Assembly: GCF_001194135.2 (NCBI RefSeq) | Contig: NC_068984.1 | Location: forward strand, 130,607,161-130,671,160 | Direction of reading: 5' to 3' | Length of the DNA: 64,000 bases | Source of the DNA: Octopus bimaculoides | Lineage: Eukaryota | Part shown: in pieces, positions 12,788-26,324 of the stretch | Layout of the letters: each line of letters starts with the position of its first letter | Position numbering within the stretch: position 1 is the first letter of the stretch | Position numbers and translations under genes: made by a program | The notes under the pieces: generated by a model | Database searches by the model: none | Seen by the model: only the letters and a program-made list of their open reading frames with translations | What the model was told of the DNA's origin: nothing

Positions 12788-13270
12788 TTTCTTAAGGTGG
12801 CGAGCTGGCAGAGTTGTTAGCACACCAGGAAAAATACTTAGCATTATTTTGTCTGCTACAATGTTCTGAGTTCAAATTCCGCCAAGGTTGATTTTGCCTG
12901 TCATCCTTTCGGGGTTGATAAATTCAGTACCTGTNNNNNNNNNNTGCTACAATGTTCTGAGTTCAAATTCCGCCAAGGTTGATTTTGCCTGTCATCCTTT
13001 CGGGGTTGATAAATTCAGTACCTGTCATGCACTGGGATTGATGTAATCGACTATCACCTCCACCACCACCACCACCACCACAAATCGCTGCCCTTGTGCC
13101 AAAATTTGAAACCATCATTATTATTATTAAATTGGTGAGCTGGCAGAATCGTTAGCATGCCGGGCAAAGTGCTTGGCGATATTTTGCCTGTCGCTATGTT
13201 CTGAGTTCAAATTCTGCCGAGGTTGACTTTGCTTTTCATCCTTTTGGGGTCGATAAATTAAGTACCAGCC
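12530..13270 (+). mobile_element. Stack of three SINE family A copies separated by (ATT)n/(GAT)n
   Basis: Each copy has G(C/T)GAGCTGGCAGA...GAGTTCAAATTC(T/C)GC...GCCTTTCATCCTTT(C/T)GGGG...GATAAA..AGTACC. One copy is split by a 10-N gap with duplicated flanks. Confidence 0.85.
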
Positions 13271-13290
13271 AATTCTGCTTCCCCAAAAAA

Positions 13291-13534
13291 TTATTTGATA
13301 GAAATTTGACAGTTATTTCTAGCATACTGAATGAACATGCAATGGCTCTTTCATCAATTCTATATCCCCCCACCCAAATTATTTGATAGAGATTTCGCTG
13401 CTATTTCTAGCATACTGAGTAAACATGCAGTGGCTCTTTCATTAATTCTATTTCTTTGAAAAATTATTTGATAAAAATTTGACTGCTATTTCTAGCATAC
13501 TGAATGAACATGCAGTGGCTTTTTTCATTGATTC
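13291..13534. repeat. ~87-bp tandem repeat x3
   Basis: TTATTTGATA...TATTTCTAGCATACTGA(A/G)T(G/A)AACATGCA(A/G)TGGCT starts at 13291, 13379 and 13464. Confidence 0.85.
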
Positions 13535-13842
13535 AGTCCGCTCCCACCCCCGCCCGTTGATGTGATATTAGCTGGGGGTGGTGTGGTGGTGTAGGTCCAA
13601 TATGGAGTGGCAATAATGGCTGTGGGTAACAGCTGGGTACATGGGAGGAGACAAAGAGACAATCAGGACACACAGACAATTGAAAGTAATCAAATAACAT
13701 CAATAAATACATCAATGCAGTGATAGATGTGGTGGGGAGCGAGGAGGAGGAGGGGGTGGAGTTTGAGAGGAGATAGCAGACTGAAAATAGGAGTGTATAC
13801 CTAGATGGACAAGTAATTGTGTATTTGTGTGAATATACACAC

Positions 13843-13886
<44 letters not shown>

Positions 13887-14089
13887 TATATATGCACACA
13901 TACACATATAAATACACATTCATGACTACACATACATACATATGCACAAACTGAACACATGAATGTATGTGATGTGGTGCACTGGTTGACCTAGTCGACA
14001 TATCTTCAGTTTTCAAGCATAAAACTGGAAATTAATAATTTCAGAAATTAACACCCAAAATTAATTGAAAAAAAGGGGAATTTCATATA

Positions 14090-14330
14090 TATTCTTTTAT
14101 CCTTTTATTTGTTTCAGTCATTTGACTGCAGCCATGCTGGAGCACTGCCTTTCAGTCAAAGAAATCACCCCCAGGACATATTTTTGTAAGCCTGGTACAT
14201 TATTCTACAGGTCTCTTTTGTCAAACTGCTAAGTTACAGGGATGTGAACACACCAACATCGCTTGTCAAGCAATAGTGGGGGAGGGGACAAACATAGACA
14301 AAGACACACATAATTATATACATATACGTA
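14090..14330 (-). mobile_element. SINE family B, 3' half
   Basis: TTGTTTCAGTCATTTGACTGCAGCCATGCTGGAGCACTGCC... Confidence 0.8.
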
Positions 14331-14339
14331 CATACACAT

Positions 14340-14550
14340 CATCATTGTCGTTTAACATCCGCTTTCCATGCTGGCATAGGTTGGATGGTTTGACTGAGAA
14401 CTGGCAAGGCGAGAGGCTGCACCAGGACCCAATCTGATTTGGCAAGGTTTCTGCAGTTGGATGCATTTCCTAACACGAACCACTCCGAGAGTGTAGTGGG
14501 TGATTTTTACGTGCCACCAGCACAGGTGCCAGTCAGGCAGCACTGGCATA
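14340..14550 (-). mobile_element. Family D copy (one hairpin unit, truncated at TA repeat/gap)
   Basis: Same tail as the 4429 copy, with GCCAGT-CAGGCAGC-ACTGGC. Confidence 0.8.
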
Positions 14551-14965
14551 TATATANNNNNNNNNNNNNNNNNNNNNNNNNNNNNNNNNNNNNNNNNNNN
14601 NNNNNNNNNNNNNNNNNNNNNNNNNNNNNNNNNNNNNNNNNNNNNNNNNNNNNNNNNNNNNNNNNNNNNNNNNNNNNNNNNNNNNNNNNNNNNNNNNNNN
14701 NNNNNNNNNNNNNNNNNNNNNNNNNNNNNNNNNNNNNNNNNNNNNNNNNNNNNNNNNNNNNNNNNNNNNNNNNNNNNNNNNNNNNNNNNNNNNNNNNNNN
14801 NNNNNNNNNNNNNNNNNNNNNNNNNNNNNNNNNNNNNNNNNNNNNNNNNNNNNNNNNNNNNNNNNNNNNNNNNNNNNNNNNNNNNNNNNNNNNNNNNNNN
14901 NNNNNNNNNNNNNNNNNNNNNNNNNNNNNNNNNNNNNNNNNNNNNNNNNNNNNNNNNNNNNNNNN

Positions 14966-15010
<45 letters not shown>

Positions 15011-15039
15011 ATGCACTCATACACAAATATATATACATG

Positions 15040-15402
15040 TCTTTTAATCTTCTTGTTTCACTCATTGGACTGTGGCCATGCTGGGACACCACCTTGAAGC
15101 ATTTAGTTCAAGAATTCAACCCAAGCACATATTTTTTAGGCCTGACACTTATTTCATTGGTTTCTAAGCTATGGGGATGTAAACAAACCAACACGAGTTA
15201 AGTAATGGTGGGGGACAAAGACACACACATAGATACATAAACATTTACATATATGAAGGCTTCTTTCAGTTTCCATCTACCAAATCCACTCACAAGGATT
15301 TGATCAGCTGAATGCTATAGTAGAAGACACTTGCCCAAGGTTCCACACAGTGGGATTGAACCCAGAACAATATGGTTGGGAAGTGAACTTCTTACCACAG
15401 CC
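15040..15402 (-). mobile_element. SINE family B, diverged full length
   Basis: Reverse copy of tail and head. Confidence 0.75.
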
Positions 15403-15595
15403 ATATGTGTATGTATACAAATCTCAAGCTTACACTACTATATATGTGTACAACACATACACAGACATACACACTCACACACGTATATTTATATATATAC
15501 GCAAACACAGATATACAGAAGTTTCAGCTGACATAGTTTCATATGAAGCTACAAAGAAAAAAAGCAATAAAAAAGAAGCTAACCATATTTTATGA

Positions 15596-15905
15596 CAGTG
15601 ATTCCCACACGTTTTTGGGCTGCCGCCCCCTTGACACCCAGGCCACATTCCTATCACCCCCATCCCAACTAACCATCACAAACATAGACCTCTTTCTGAA
15701 GCAAATTCAAAGCCACTGTATTTAACAAATAAAACTTAACCTAACGAACCCATTATCGTCTTGTTTTTAGACGAATCATTACCTCATTATTGCCCCACTT
15801 TTTACATGAATCGCTACCCCATTATCACCCCACTTTTCTTCAACGCCCCCTTGGAACTTTCCACCACCCCAAAGGGGGCAATACCACCCAATTTGTGAAC
15901 CACTG
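15596..15905. mobile_element. hAT/Charlie-type MITE
   Basis: Ends CAGTGATTCCCACAC ... ATTTGTGAACCACTG (CAGTG(A/G)TTC(C/A)CA TIR). Flanks TTTTATGA and TCTTATAA match at 6/8, consistent with a decayed 8-bp TSD. Confidence 0.7.
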
Positions 15906-16074
15906 TCTTATAACAATCAGAAATGTTTATTAGTTTGTTTAGCCTATTAGTTCTAAGTAATTATTTACATTATAGAATATCTATTTTTGGCTTAAACGAT
16001 CAGTAAACAAATCACATTCGTGAACATAACAACCACAGTATGCTTTCATATATATATATATATATATATATAGG

Positions 16075-16439
16075 CACAGGCATGGCTGTGTGTTAAGAAA
16101 TTTGCTTTACAACTACATGGTTCCGGGCTCAGTCCCACTGTGTGGGCAGATGTCTTCTACTATAGCCTTGGTCTGATCAAAGCCTTCTGAGTGGATTTGG
16201 TAGAGGGAAATTGAAAGAAGCCTGTCATACATATATATCTATATGAATGAATCTTTGTGACTGGGTTTGTCACCCACCACTGGTTGATAACCAGTGTTGG
16301 TGTATTTACAACCCCATAATGCAGCAGTTCAGCAAAAGAAACCTATAGAATAAGTACTGGTCTTAAAAAAAACAAAGTACTCAGTTTAGCTCATTTAACT
16401 AAAAGTTCTTCAAAGTGGTGCCCCAGATAGTAAAAGATA

Positions 16440-16440
<1 letters not shown>
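16075..16440 (+). mobile_element. SINE family B
   Basis: GGCTGTGTGTTAAGAAATTTGC...TCAGTCCCACTG... Confidence 0.8.
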
Positions 16441-16478
<38 letters not shown>

Positions 16479-16775
16479 GATGTTTATATTGCTTTGAATT
16501 AATTCTGCATTATCTTGTCGCTTAAAGATTTCAATGAAGTGATTGTTTAATTTTAGAATGACATTGTAGGGTTAGTGTTAGAGGTTGCATCTGGTCAATT
16601 TCAACATAAAACAGATTAAATATTTTGGCCTGATATTACTGGTTTGAATGCTGAAGGGTCAAACCTAATGACTTTGTGCCTTAAGGGGGAAGACAAAAAA
16701 CCTTTCAACTTGCAAAATTTAACTACATATGTAGAAAAGATAGTTTTCAATTAATGTTACTCTAGCGATGTGTGA

Positions 16776-17395
16776 TAAGGAGCTTGCTTCACAACCACAT
16801 GGTTCTGGGTTCAGTCCCACTGCATGGCGCATTGGGTTAGTGTCTTCTACTATAGCCCTCAGGCTGACCAAAGCATTGTAAGTGGATTTGGTAGACAGAA
16901 ACTGAAAGAAAGTGTCGAGCTGGCAGAAATGCTAGTACGACGGGCGAAATGCTTAGCGGTATTTCGTCTGCCGTTACGATCTGAGTTCAAATTCCGCTGA
17001 GGTTGACTTTGCCTTTCATCCTTTTGGGGGGTCAATAAATTAAGTACCAGTTACACACTGGGGTCGATGTAATTGACTTAATCTCTTTGTCTGTCCTTGT
17101 CTGTCCCCTCTATGTTTAACCCCTTGTGGGCAATACAGAAATAAGAAACTGAAAGAAGCCTATCATGTGTGTGTGTGTGTGTGCGTACGCTCGCGCGCTC
17201 TTGTGTCTTGACAACCAGTTTTGGTGTGTTTACATCCCTGCAACTTAGCAGTTTAGCCTAAGACACCGATAGAATAAGTACAAGGCTTAAAAAAATAAGT
17301 CCTGGGGTCGATTTGTTCTACTGAAAAATACCTTTCGAGGTGGTGCTTCAGCATGGCTGCAGTCAAATGACTGAAACAAGTAAAAGATTAAAAGA
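16776..17395 (+). mobile_element. SINE family B interrupted by a young family A SINE
   Basis: B head 16776-16910 and B remainder from 17144. The insertion is bounded by AGAAACTGAAAGAA duplicates. Confidence 0.85.
16911..17143 (+). mobile_element. Young SINE family A (tail ...CCCTTGTGGGCAATACAGAAATA) with 14-bp TSD
   Basis: CpGs retained, B-box GAGTTCAAATTCC. TSD at 16897-16910 and 17144-17157. Confidence 0.9.
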
Positions 17396-17618
17396 ATTCC
17401 TTACAAAAAGCCAGCACTGAGAGAGGAAAGCAATTGTATGTAAATAGAGAACACATGTACAAACTCATCACAACAACATCAATCACACCTCACTCCTGAT
17501 TGGTGTGTGACTGATGTTGTGACGGTAATGCCTATGGTATTCTAAATATTCATTATAGCTATTTTATTTTGGTGGCAGACAGCAGAATGACACACAAACA
17601 TACATGTATTTATGTGCA

Positions 17619-17649
<31 letters not shown>

Positions 17650-18220
17650 ACGTGCATATGTGGTGAGCTTTCCTATTTGTTTCACCATATGGAGAATCCA
17701 ACAGTTTAGTAGACAAATTATATTTCTCACAGAACTGCACTGAACTGTTAAACTAAACACATAAATGATTTGATTACAGAGATTGAAGGAAAATGGTGCA
17801 GAGGGTGCCACGTCTTCCTCAAATGGCACTGCTCAGGTTTTGTATGACAGTGGCCTTCTCCAAGTGACTTTGCTCTAAAGAAAGCTGAGGGGTGCCTCAC
17901 TCCCCATTCATTTTACAGCAGTCTAGCTAGACACTGGACATCAACCTGGAATTTCCAAATCACAGCATTAAACACACACACATCATCATCGTCATCATCA
18001 TTTAATGTTTACTTTTCCATACTTGCATGGTTGAGACAGAATTTGTTGAGACAGATTTTACCACAGCTGGATGCCCTGCCTGTCACCAACCCTAACCTGT
18101 TTCCAAGGAAGGTAATATTTCCCCCAGGGCCAGAGATGTTCTTCATGCAAGACTAGAAACAAACAACATGGCTTGTATCATGATGATGATGATGATGATG
18201 ATGATGCACATTTACAAGCA

Positions 18221-18386
18221 TAGGCACCAGCTGTGGCTGTGTGGTAAGAAGCTTGCTTTCCAACCACATGGTTCCAGGTTCAGTCCCACTGCATGGCAGC
18301 TTGATCAAGTGTCTTCTACTATAGCCTCAGGCTGACCAAAGCCTTTTGAGTGGATTTGGTAAACGGAAACTGAAAGAAGCCCATCA
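18221..18386 (+). mobile_element. SINE family B, 5' half
   Basis: GGCTGTGTGGTAAGAAGCTTGC...GGAAACTGAAAGAAGCCC. Confidence 0.85.
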
Positions 18387-18430
18387 TGTATATATATGTA
18401 TGTATATATATAATATTAATATATATATAT

Positions 18431-18572
18431 TTAGTCGAGCAAATCGACCCCAGGACTTATTCTTTGTAAGCCTAGTACTTATTCTATCGGTTTCTTTTGC
18501 CGAACCGCTAAGTTACGGGGACGTAAACACACCAGCATCGGTTGTCAAGCTATGTTGGGGGGACAAATACAG

Positions 18573-18603
<31 letters not shown>

Positions 18604-18764
18604 CATATATACGACGGGCTTCTTTCAGTCTCCGTCTACCAAATCCACTCACAAGGCTTTGGTCGGCCCGAGGCTATAGTAGAAGACACTTGCCCAAGGT
18701 GCCACGCAGTGGGAAGGAACCCGGAACCATGTGGTTGGTAAGCAAGCTACTTACCACACAGTCA
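18431..18764 (-). mobile_element. SINE family B, young near-full copy, inverted relative to 18221-18386
   Basis: Nearly identical to 50658-51063, CpG-rich. Confidence 0.9.
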
Positions 18765-19120
18765 CTCACGGCTGGTGCTGCTCCAGTAGATACAAATTTT
18801 GTTGTTGATGTTGTAGTTGTTATAGAATTTTATGGTTATTGCCTCTAAAATATCACTGCAATTGTTGTAATAACTGTTGTTGTTGTTGTTGTTGTTGTTA
18901 GTTGTTACACTTGATAAGCTGCTCACCGTAAACATCATTAGCCACATTCCACCGTCTGATGGCATTAAGGAACGGAACCGACACAGCCTTGTTGCCTCTT
19001 GGGATGCTGGCAAAGGCATCAGACTGGCTTCTTTTGATAACAACAATCCATCTTTTGCAATCAGAACAGTCTGCTACATCCACCCTTTACCCATCCGTCC
19101 ACATCCTGCAACCAACTTTG

Positions 19121-19910
<790 letters not shown>

Positions 19911-20529
19911 CCTCCTTGTACACTCAACCATATCCACCCTCACCAATACATCTACCCTAACCCATCCGCACACCATCATATTAATCCTCCTTTAAAGCTA
20001 TCATAACTATCTCCCCTGTATCTTTAGCATATCTCCCATATCGGTTGTCCCACTGGACTTAACTGCGTAATTAATAAGCCACATATACGCATAACAGAGT
20101 GCTTTTAGATTCAATCGGAGATTTTCAAAGCGAACAGCCAATGTGAAACTCTTTTGTTTAGTATGTTAATGCTATGTCATGTTACTCAGTTCTTTACAGT
20201 CTGAGTTCACATCCCACTGAGGTCAACTTTGTCTTTCACTTTTACAGGGGTTGATATAATTGACTAATCACCCTCCTATCAAAATTGCTGGCCTTGTAGC
20301 AGTAGTGGTATCAGCAGCAGCAGCAGTAGGAGTAGTAGTAGTTTCTGGCCATATTCCTATGTCAGAGACAATCATTATTATTATTATGTTGGTTTTTTTT
20401 TTTTCTTCTTTCTTCAAATTTCCTTCCATTTCTCGCCGAATGTTTTCCGTACACCTAGGGCAGAGAAGCTCATTGTATGCATTCCCAGTTTACACACGCA
20501 AATTCAATTATTATTATTATTATTATTAT

Positions 20530-20573
<44 letters not shown>

Positions 20574-21554
20574 TTACAGCAGCCAGCTGGCCGAATCATT
20601 ACCACATCAGACAAAATGCTTACTGACATTTCTTTCTGACTTTATGTTCTGAGTTCAAACTCCACCGAGGCCAACTTTGCCTTTCATTCTTTCAGGGCCA
20701 ATAAACAACAACAATAATAATAATAATAATAATAAGGTAGTAAGCTAGCAGAATTTTTATCATGCTAGGTAACATGTTTGGTGGAATTTCATCTGTCTTT
20801 ATGTTCAGAATTCAAATTCCACTGAGGTTGAATTTGTTCTCCACCTTTTGGGGGTAAAAAAACAAAAGAAAAATCAAAAAAATAAGTACCAATTCAAGTT
20901 GGTGGAATGGCAGAACTGTTAAGGGGGTCAGACAAGACATCTTGTGGTAACTGTTCTAGATTTTTGCAGTCTGACAGTTAAACCTACAATGACACTGGTG
21001 CCAAGGTGTATCAGCCCAAGTTAGGACCTTTTTCTTAGATAAATATTAATGGCATGAAGAAAGGAGACTTGCCTGCATGGCAAACTAACACTCTTCCTCT
21101 AAAAAAATGTTGCACTGGCTTGCACGTACATGTGTAGATGCTGTCCAATCTTGACCAACAGAGGCCCAACATAATTATTGGTGAATTGCTGTGAAGTGTT
21201 TCGCTGTATTTGGTCATATTTTTTTTATATTCTGAGTTCAAATGCAACCAAAATAAACTTTCCTTTCCCTACCTCCAAAGTTGATGAAATGAACTGTTAT
21301 TGTAGAGTTTTATCAACTCTTATCAATCCTTACAAAGCTTATGACCCTGCGAGGTGCAAGTGTGACCGTGTGGTCAAGAAACTTGCTTCTTAAGTATGTG
21401 GTCTCAGATTCAGTTCCACTGGATGGCACCTTTGGCAACTGAATTCTATTACAGACTTGAGCTAACCAAAGTCCTGTGAATGGATTTAGAAGCTGAAAGA
21501 AGCCCATTGTGTGTGTGTATGTACAACAGGCTTCTTCCAGTTATATATGTGTGC

Positions 21555-21605
<51 letters not shown>

Positions 21606-22219
21606 CATATATATACATACATATGTCCAACCCATGCCAGCTTAGAAGATGGATGTCAAATGTTGATTATGTATGTATGTATGTATACCCTTGTCTTAAC
21701 CATTATGTGATGGTTGCAAACAAACATCACCATCACAAAAGGAATGCTGTTTGTTTCTAGTCTGTGGAAAACACATCTGGCCATGGGAGAATATTACCTT
21801 ACCTGTTAACAGGTGAGGGCTGGCAACTGAAAGTGCATCCAGCCATAGAAAATCTGCCTCCACAAGACTGGCCAACTTATTTGAGCATGGAAAAGTTGAC
21901 ATTAAACAACAAGGATGATTATGTTAGAAGATCATTATTCATCTGTATGTTTAGAGTTTCAAAGTATTCCATTATACTGCTCTCTTCTCTGGCCTGATCT
22001 CAATTTTATATCTAATATTTAAATGTTTATCTTATGTTTCAGATTTTCTCCTTCAGTAATAGCCGTGATGTCCCATATGGTTTAACACATAGCTTAAATC
22101 ATAATCGTAATAACCATCGTCTACAACTTGGTCTGTGATCTTCCTGTACAGGAATGGGTTTGGTGGTTCAATAGGTATGGCAAATTGCTTTATACATACA
22201 TAGGCATGCTTACGAATCC

Positions 22220-22445
22220 AAGAAGAAGAAGAAGGGGAAGAAGAAGAACAACAACAAGAGTGAAGAAGAAGAAGAAGAAGAAGGAGGAGGAGGAAGAGGA
22301 GAAGAAGAAGAAGAAGAAGAAGAAGAAGAAGAAGAAGAAGAAGAAGAAGAAGAAGAAGAAGAAAGAGAAGAAGAAGAAAGAGTGAAGAAAAAGAAGGTTG
22401 AAGAAGAAGAAGAAGAAGAATGAACAACAACAAGAAGAAGAGAAT
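22220..22445. repeat. (GAA)n polypurine tract
   Basis: Direct reading. A second tract lies at 38230-38410. Confidence 0.95.
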
Positions 22446-23799
22446 GAGGGAGTCTGTGAGTATGTATGGGAGGAGAGTTGTTTCAATTAATGGTCGTGCC
22501 ACCAGGGTTATCACGGTTCATATCCTGGCATCAAATGTATTCATGAATATGCATGCTCAGGATTTACTGTATAAATGTATGAAAATGAAAGCTGATACAT
22601 GTTAAGAGTGCTTTTGGTACAGTGGTAATTAAACTGAGACATTAACAAAGGAAATAAGAGTTCAATTCCAAACAGGTTCTTGGCTTTTTTTTTTTTTATA
22701 TTGTCTTTCATTTTGCCTTTGTATGTCAGAACAAAGAACAAAATATTGCATCGAAAGCAATATAAAGTCACACATACAGCATGTATGCACATGCACACAC
22801 ATATACACACACACACATGCATTGTATTTCATGTTGGCTTTGTCTGAACAAAATACTATTTAAAACAATTTTAAGTCACACACACACACATACATATGCA
22901 CAGACACATACACCTATGCACAAATGCACACATATACATACACTCAAGCACACACACATACATATGCACACACACATACACCTATGCACAAATGCACACA
23001 CATGCACACATATACATACACTCAAGCACACACACACACATACGCACACACACATCATACACGCACCTTGTATGAGTGTCTTTTAATGTGGCCTCAAGCC
23101 AACCAGAGCCTTCTGAATGGATTTCGTAGACAGAAACTGTGTAGGAGCCTGTCATATATATATATATATTTATATATATATATATATATCTTTATCTTTA
23201 TCGTTATTATCTTTATCTAATGATATTTACTTTGTTTTATATTATACTCATTTATTGTGCTTTTAATTGTTAATTTTTCTATATGTGACAGTGGATTTTC
23301 ATCGATGAGTTCATGAACCTTGGTTCTTTTCCCTAAAACTATATATTTTATATATATTTTATCTATAAAGCTCAATTTAATTTTAATTTTTNNNNNNNNN
23401 NNNNNNNNNNNNNNNNNNNNNNNNNNNNNNNNNNNNNNNNNNNNNNNNNNNNNNNNNNNNNNNNNNNNNNNNNNNNNNNNNNNNNNNNNNNNNNNNNNNN
23501 NNNNNNNNNNNNNNNNNNNNNNNNNNNNNNNNNNNNNNNNNNNNNNNNNNNNNNNNNNNNNNNNNNNNNNNNNNNNNNNNNNNNNNNNNNNNNNNNNNNN
23601 NNNNNNNNNNNNNNNNNNNNNNNNNNNNNNNNNNNNNNNNNNNNNNNNNNNNNNNNNNNNNNNNNNNNNNNNNNTCTGTGAAAAAAACAGAAAATGTCTG
23701 GCCATGGGAAGTATCACCTTGCTTGGAAACAGGTGAAGGATGGTGACAGGAAGGGTAATATATATATATCATCATCATCAACATCATCATCATCATCAC

Positions 23800-24485
23800 C
23801 GTTTAACGTCTGTTTTCCATGCTGACATGGGTTGGACGGTTTGACTGAGGTCTGGAAAGCCAGCAGCTGCACCAGGCTCCAAATCTGATCCGGCAATGTT
23901 TCTACAGCTGGATGCCCTTCCTAATGCCAACCACTCCGAGAGTGTAGTGGGTGCTTTTTATGTGCCACCAGCACAGCCAATCAGGCAGACCTGCATCGAT
24001 CATGTTTGGATAGTGCTTCTTACGTGCCACCAGCACGGGAGCCAGTCATTAGCCAGAGTCATTAGCAGCCAAGCAAAATACTTAGCAGTAATTTGTCTGT
24101 CTTCATGTCCTGAATTCAAATTTCACCGAGGCTGACTTTGCCTTTCATACTTTAGGGGTTGAGAAAATAAGTACCAGTTGAATACTGGGGGGTTGATGTA
24201 ATCGACTCATCCCCTCCCACCAAATTTCTGCCTTTGTGGCAAAATTTGAAACCATCATTTTTATTATTATAAAGGTGATGAACTGGTAGACTCGTTAGCA
24301 TGCCGGGCAAAGTGCTTAGCGGCATTCCATCTATCATTACGTTCTGAGTTCAAATTCCACCGAGGTCCACTTTGCCTTTCATCCTTTGAAGGTCAATAAA
24401 ATAAGTACCAGTTGAACACTGGGGTCGATTTAATTTACTTAGTCCCTCCGCTGAAATTGTTGGTCGTGTGGCAAAATTTGAAACC
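23800..24485. mobile_element. Family D copy (minus) followed by two stacked family A SINEs (plus)
   Basis: D tail at 23800-24070. A copies at ~24070-24260 and ~24275-24485. Confidence 0.75.
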
Positions 24486-25299
24486 ATTATTATTATTATA
24501 TCATGAAACAGTGGCTAAAATTTTGATATAATATAATAAAAACGAACTAACATTCTTCAAGGTGGTACTCCAGAATGGCTGCAGTCTAATTACTGAAACA
24601 AGTAAAGAATAAGAGGCATAAGATAGAGGGTTACAAGCGCATATCTATTATTGGCCTGGTATCTATGGTGCTGATAATACTACAGAGAGCCTACGGTCAA
24701 ATTAAACACATATAAATGTTTAACTATTACAAACTAATAACTTCTTTTATTTATCTCCGAAAGTGCCTCATTTGTTTCTCAGATAATTTGGCAGTCGTTT
24801 AAGCACCAAGCAGAGAGGTATCCTGCTACTGTCTGAAATAGCGAGGTATCACAATTCAATTTGAGGTTTATGCCAAGAATTAACACCAACAATATGAACA
24901 ATTTTTATACTAATGAGGAGGCAGAGATTTTAATAGAGATTTGGTAAAACTGTTATGGGTACTAATTTGGCATGAAACAACAACTACCATTCCTCTAGCA
25001 GGACATAAACCACCTACTCATCAATTCCCAGGTGCTACATAGATACATATATACATACATATGTATGTATATATACATGTATACATACATACATATATAT
25101 GTACACACATGCACATATATACATACACACATATATATGCATCATATATAGATATATATATATACACACACACACATATACATCATATCTAGATATATAC
25201 ATATACACACATATACACAAAATACATACATCCACGTATACACACACACACACACACACACATATACAAAATACATACATACATAAATATATATATATC

Positions 25300-25340
<41 letters not shown>

Positions 25341-25433
25341 GAAATACATATATATTTACGAAATACATATATATATACACACACAGACATACATAGTAAT
25401 ATATATATATATATATACACTCACACACATGAA

Positions 25434-25508
<75 letters not shown>

Positions 25509-25758
25509 CATAAATGTACAGACACACACACACACACATATATATGCATACACACACTACACACAAACATATATACATACACCCACACATACACTGCACA
25601 CAAACATACATACACACACATATTCTTGGAACGACTGATACACATTTTTGCAATGCCAGCATATTCCGGTATTAAAAATAACACTACTGCATTGCAATCT
25701 TATATGAAGTCTATCTTCAGTTAAATAATGTTTACACACACACACACACACACACACA

Positions 25759-25811
<53 letters not shown>

Positions 25812-26283
25812 ACACGCACACACACACAGACACACACACACACACACACACGCACATACAAGGTCTGGATGGGAATTAAAAACAAATTACTGACAGGAAT
25901 ATGGCCAGATGTTAAATCCAAAAGACCAGGTTCTAGTGAAGCCTTCAAAGTTCTTCAAAGAAGAACAACACTGAAAGCGAGTACCGAGATCAGATCTCAA
26001 GATGCAGGGGCTCACAAACGCGACGACAAAGGGTCAAGATGAGGTGTGAGGGAGGTGGGTGATGGAGGCGGTAATGTTCACTTGGTCAACATGAAAAGCT
26101 GGACACTAAACTGCAGCAACAGCAGCAGTTGATGGTGATGATTATGATGGTGGTCGTGGTGGTGATGGTGATGGTGATGATGATGACATAGTGGTGGTGA
26201 TGGAGGTAGTGATAATAATGATGGTGATGGTGGTGGTGGTGGTGTTGATGATGATGGTGGTGGTGGTTGTTGTGGTAATGGCA

Positions 26284-26324
<41 letters not shown>

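Noticed and set aside
25728-26042. ORF ending YKVWMGIKNKLLTGIWPDVKSKRPGSSEAFKVLQRR...
   Set aside because: Starts in a (CA)n repeat, has no recognisable homology or convincing splice sites, and is antisense to ASAP.
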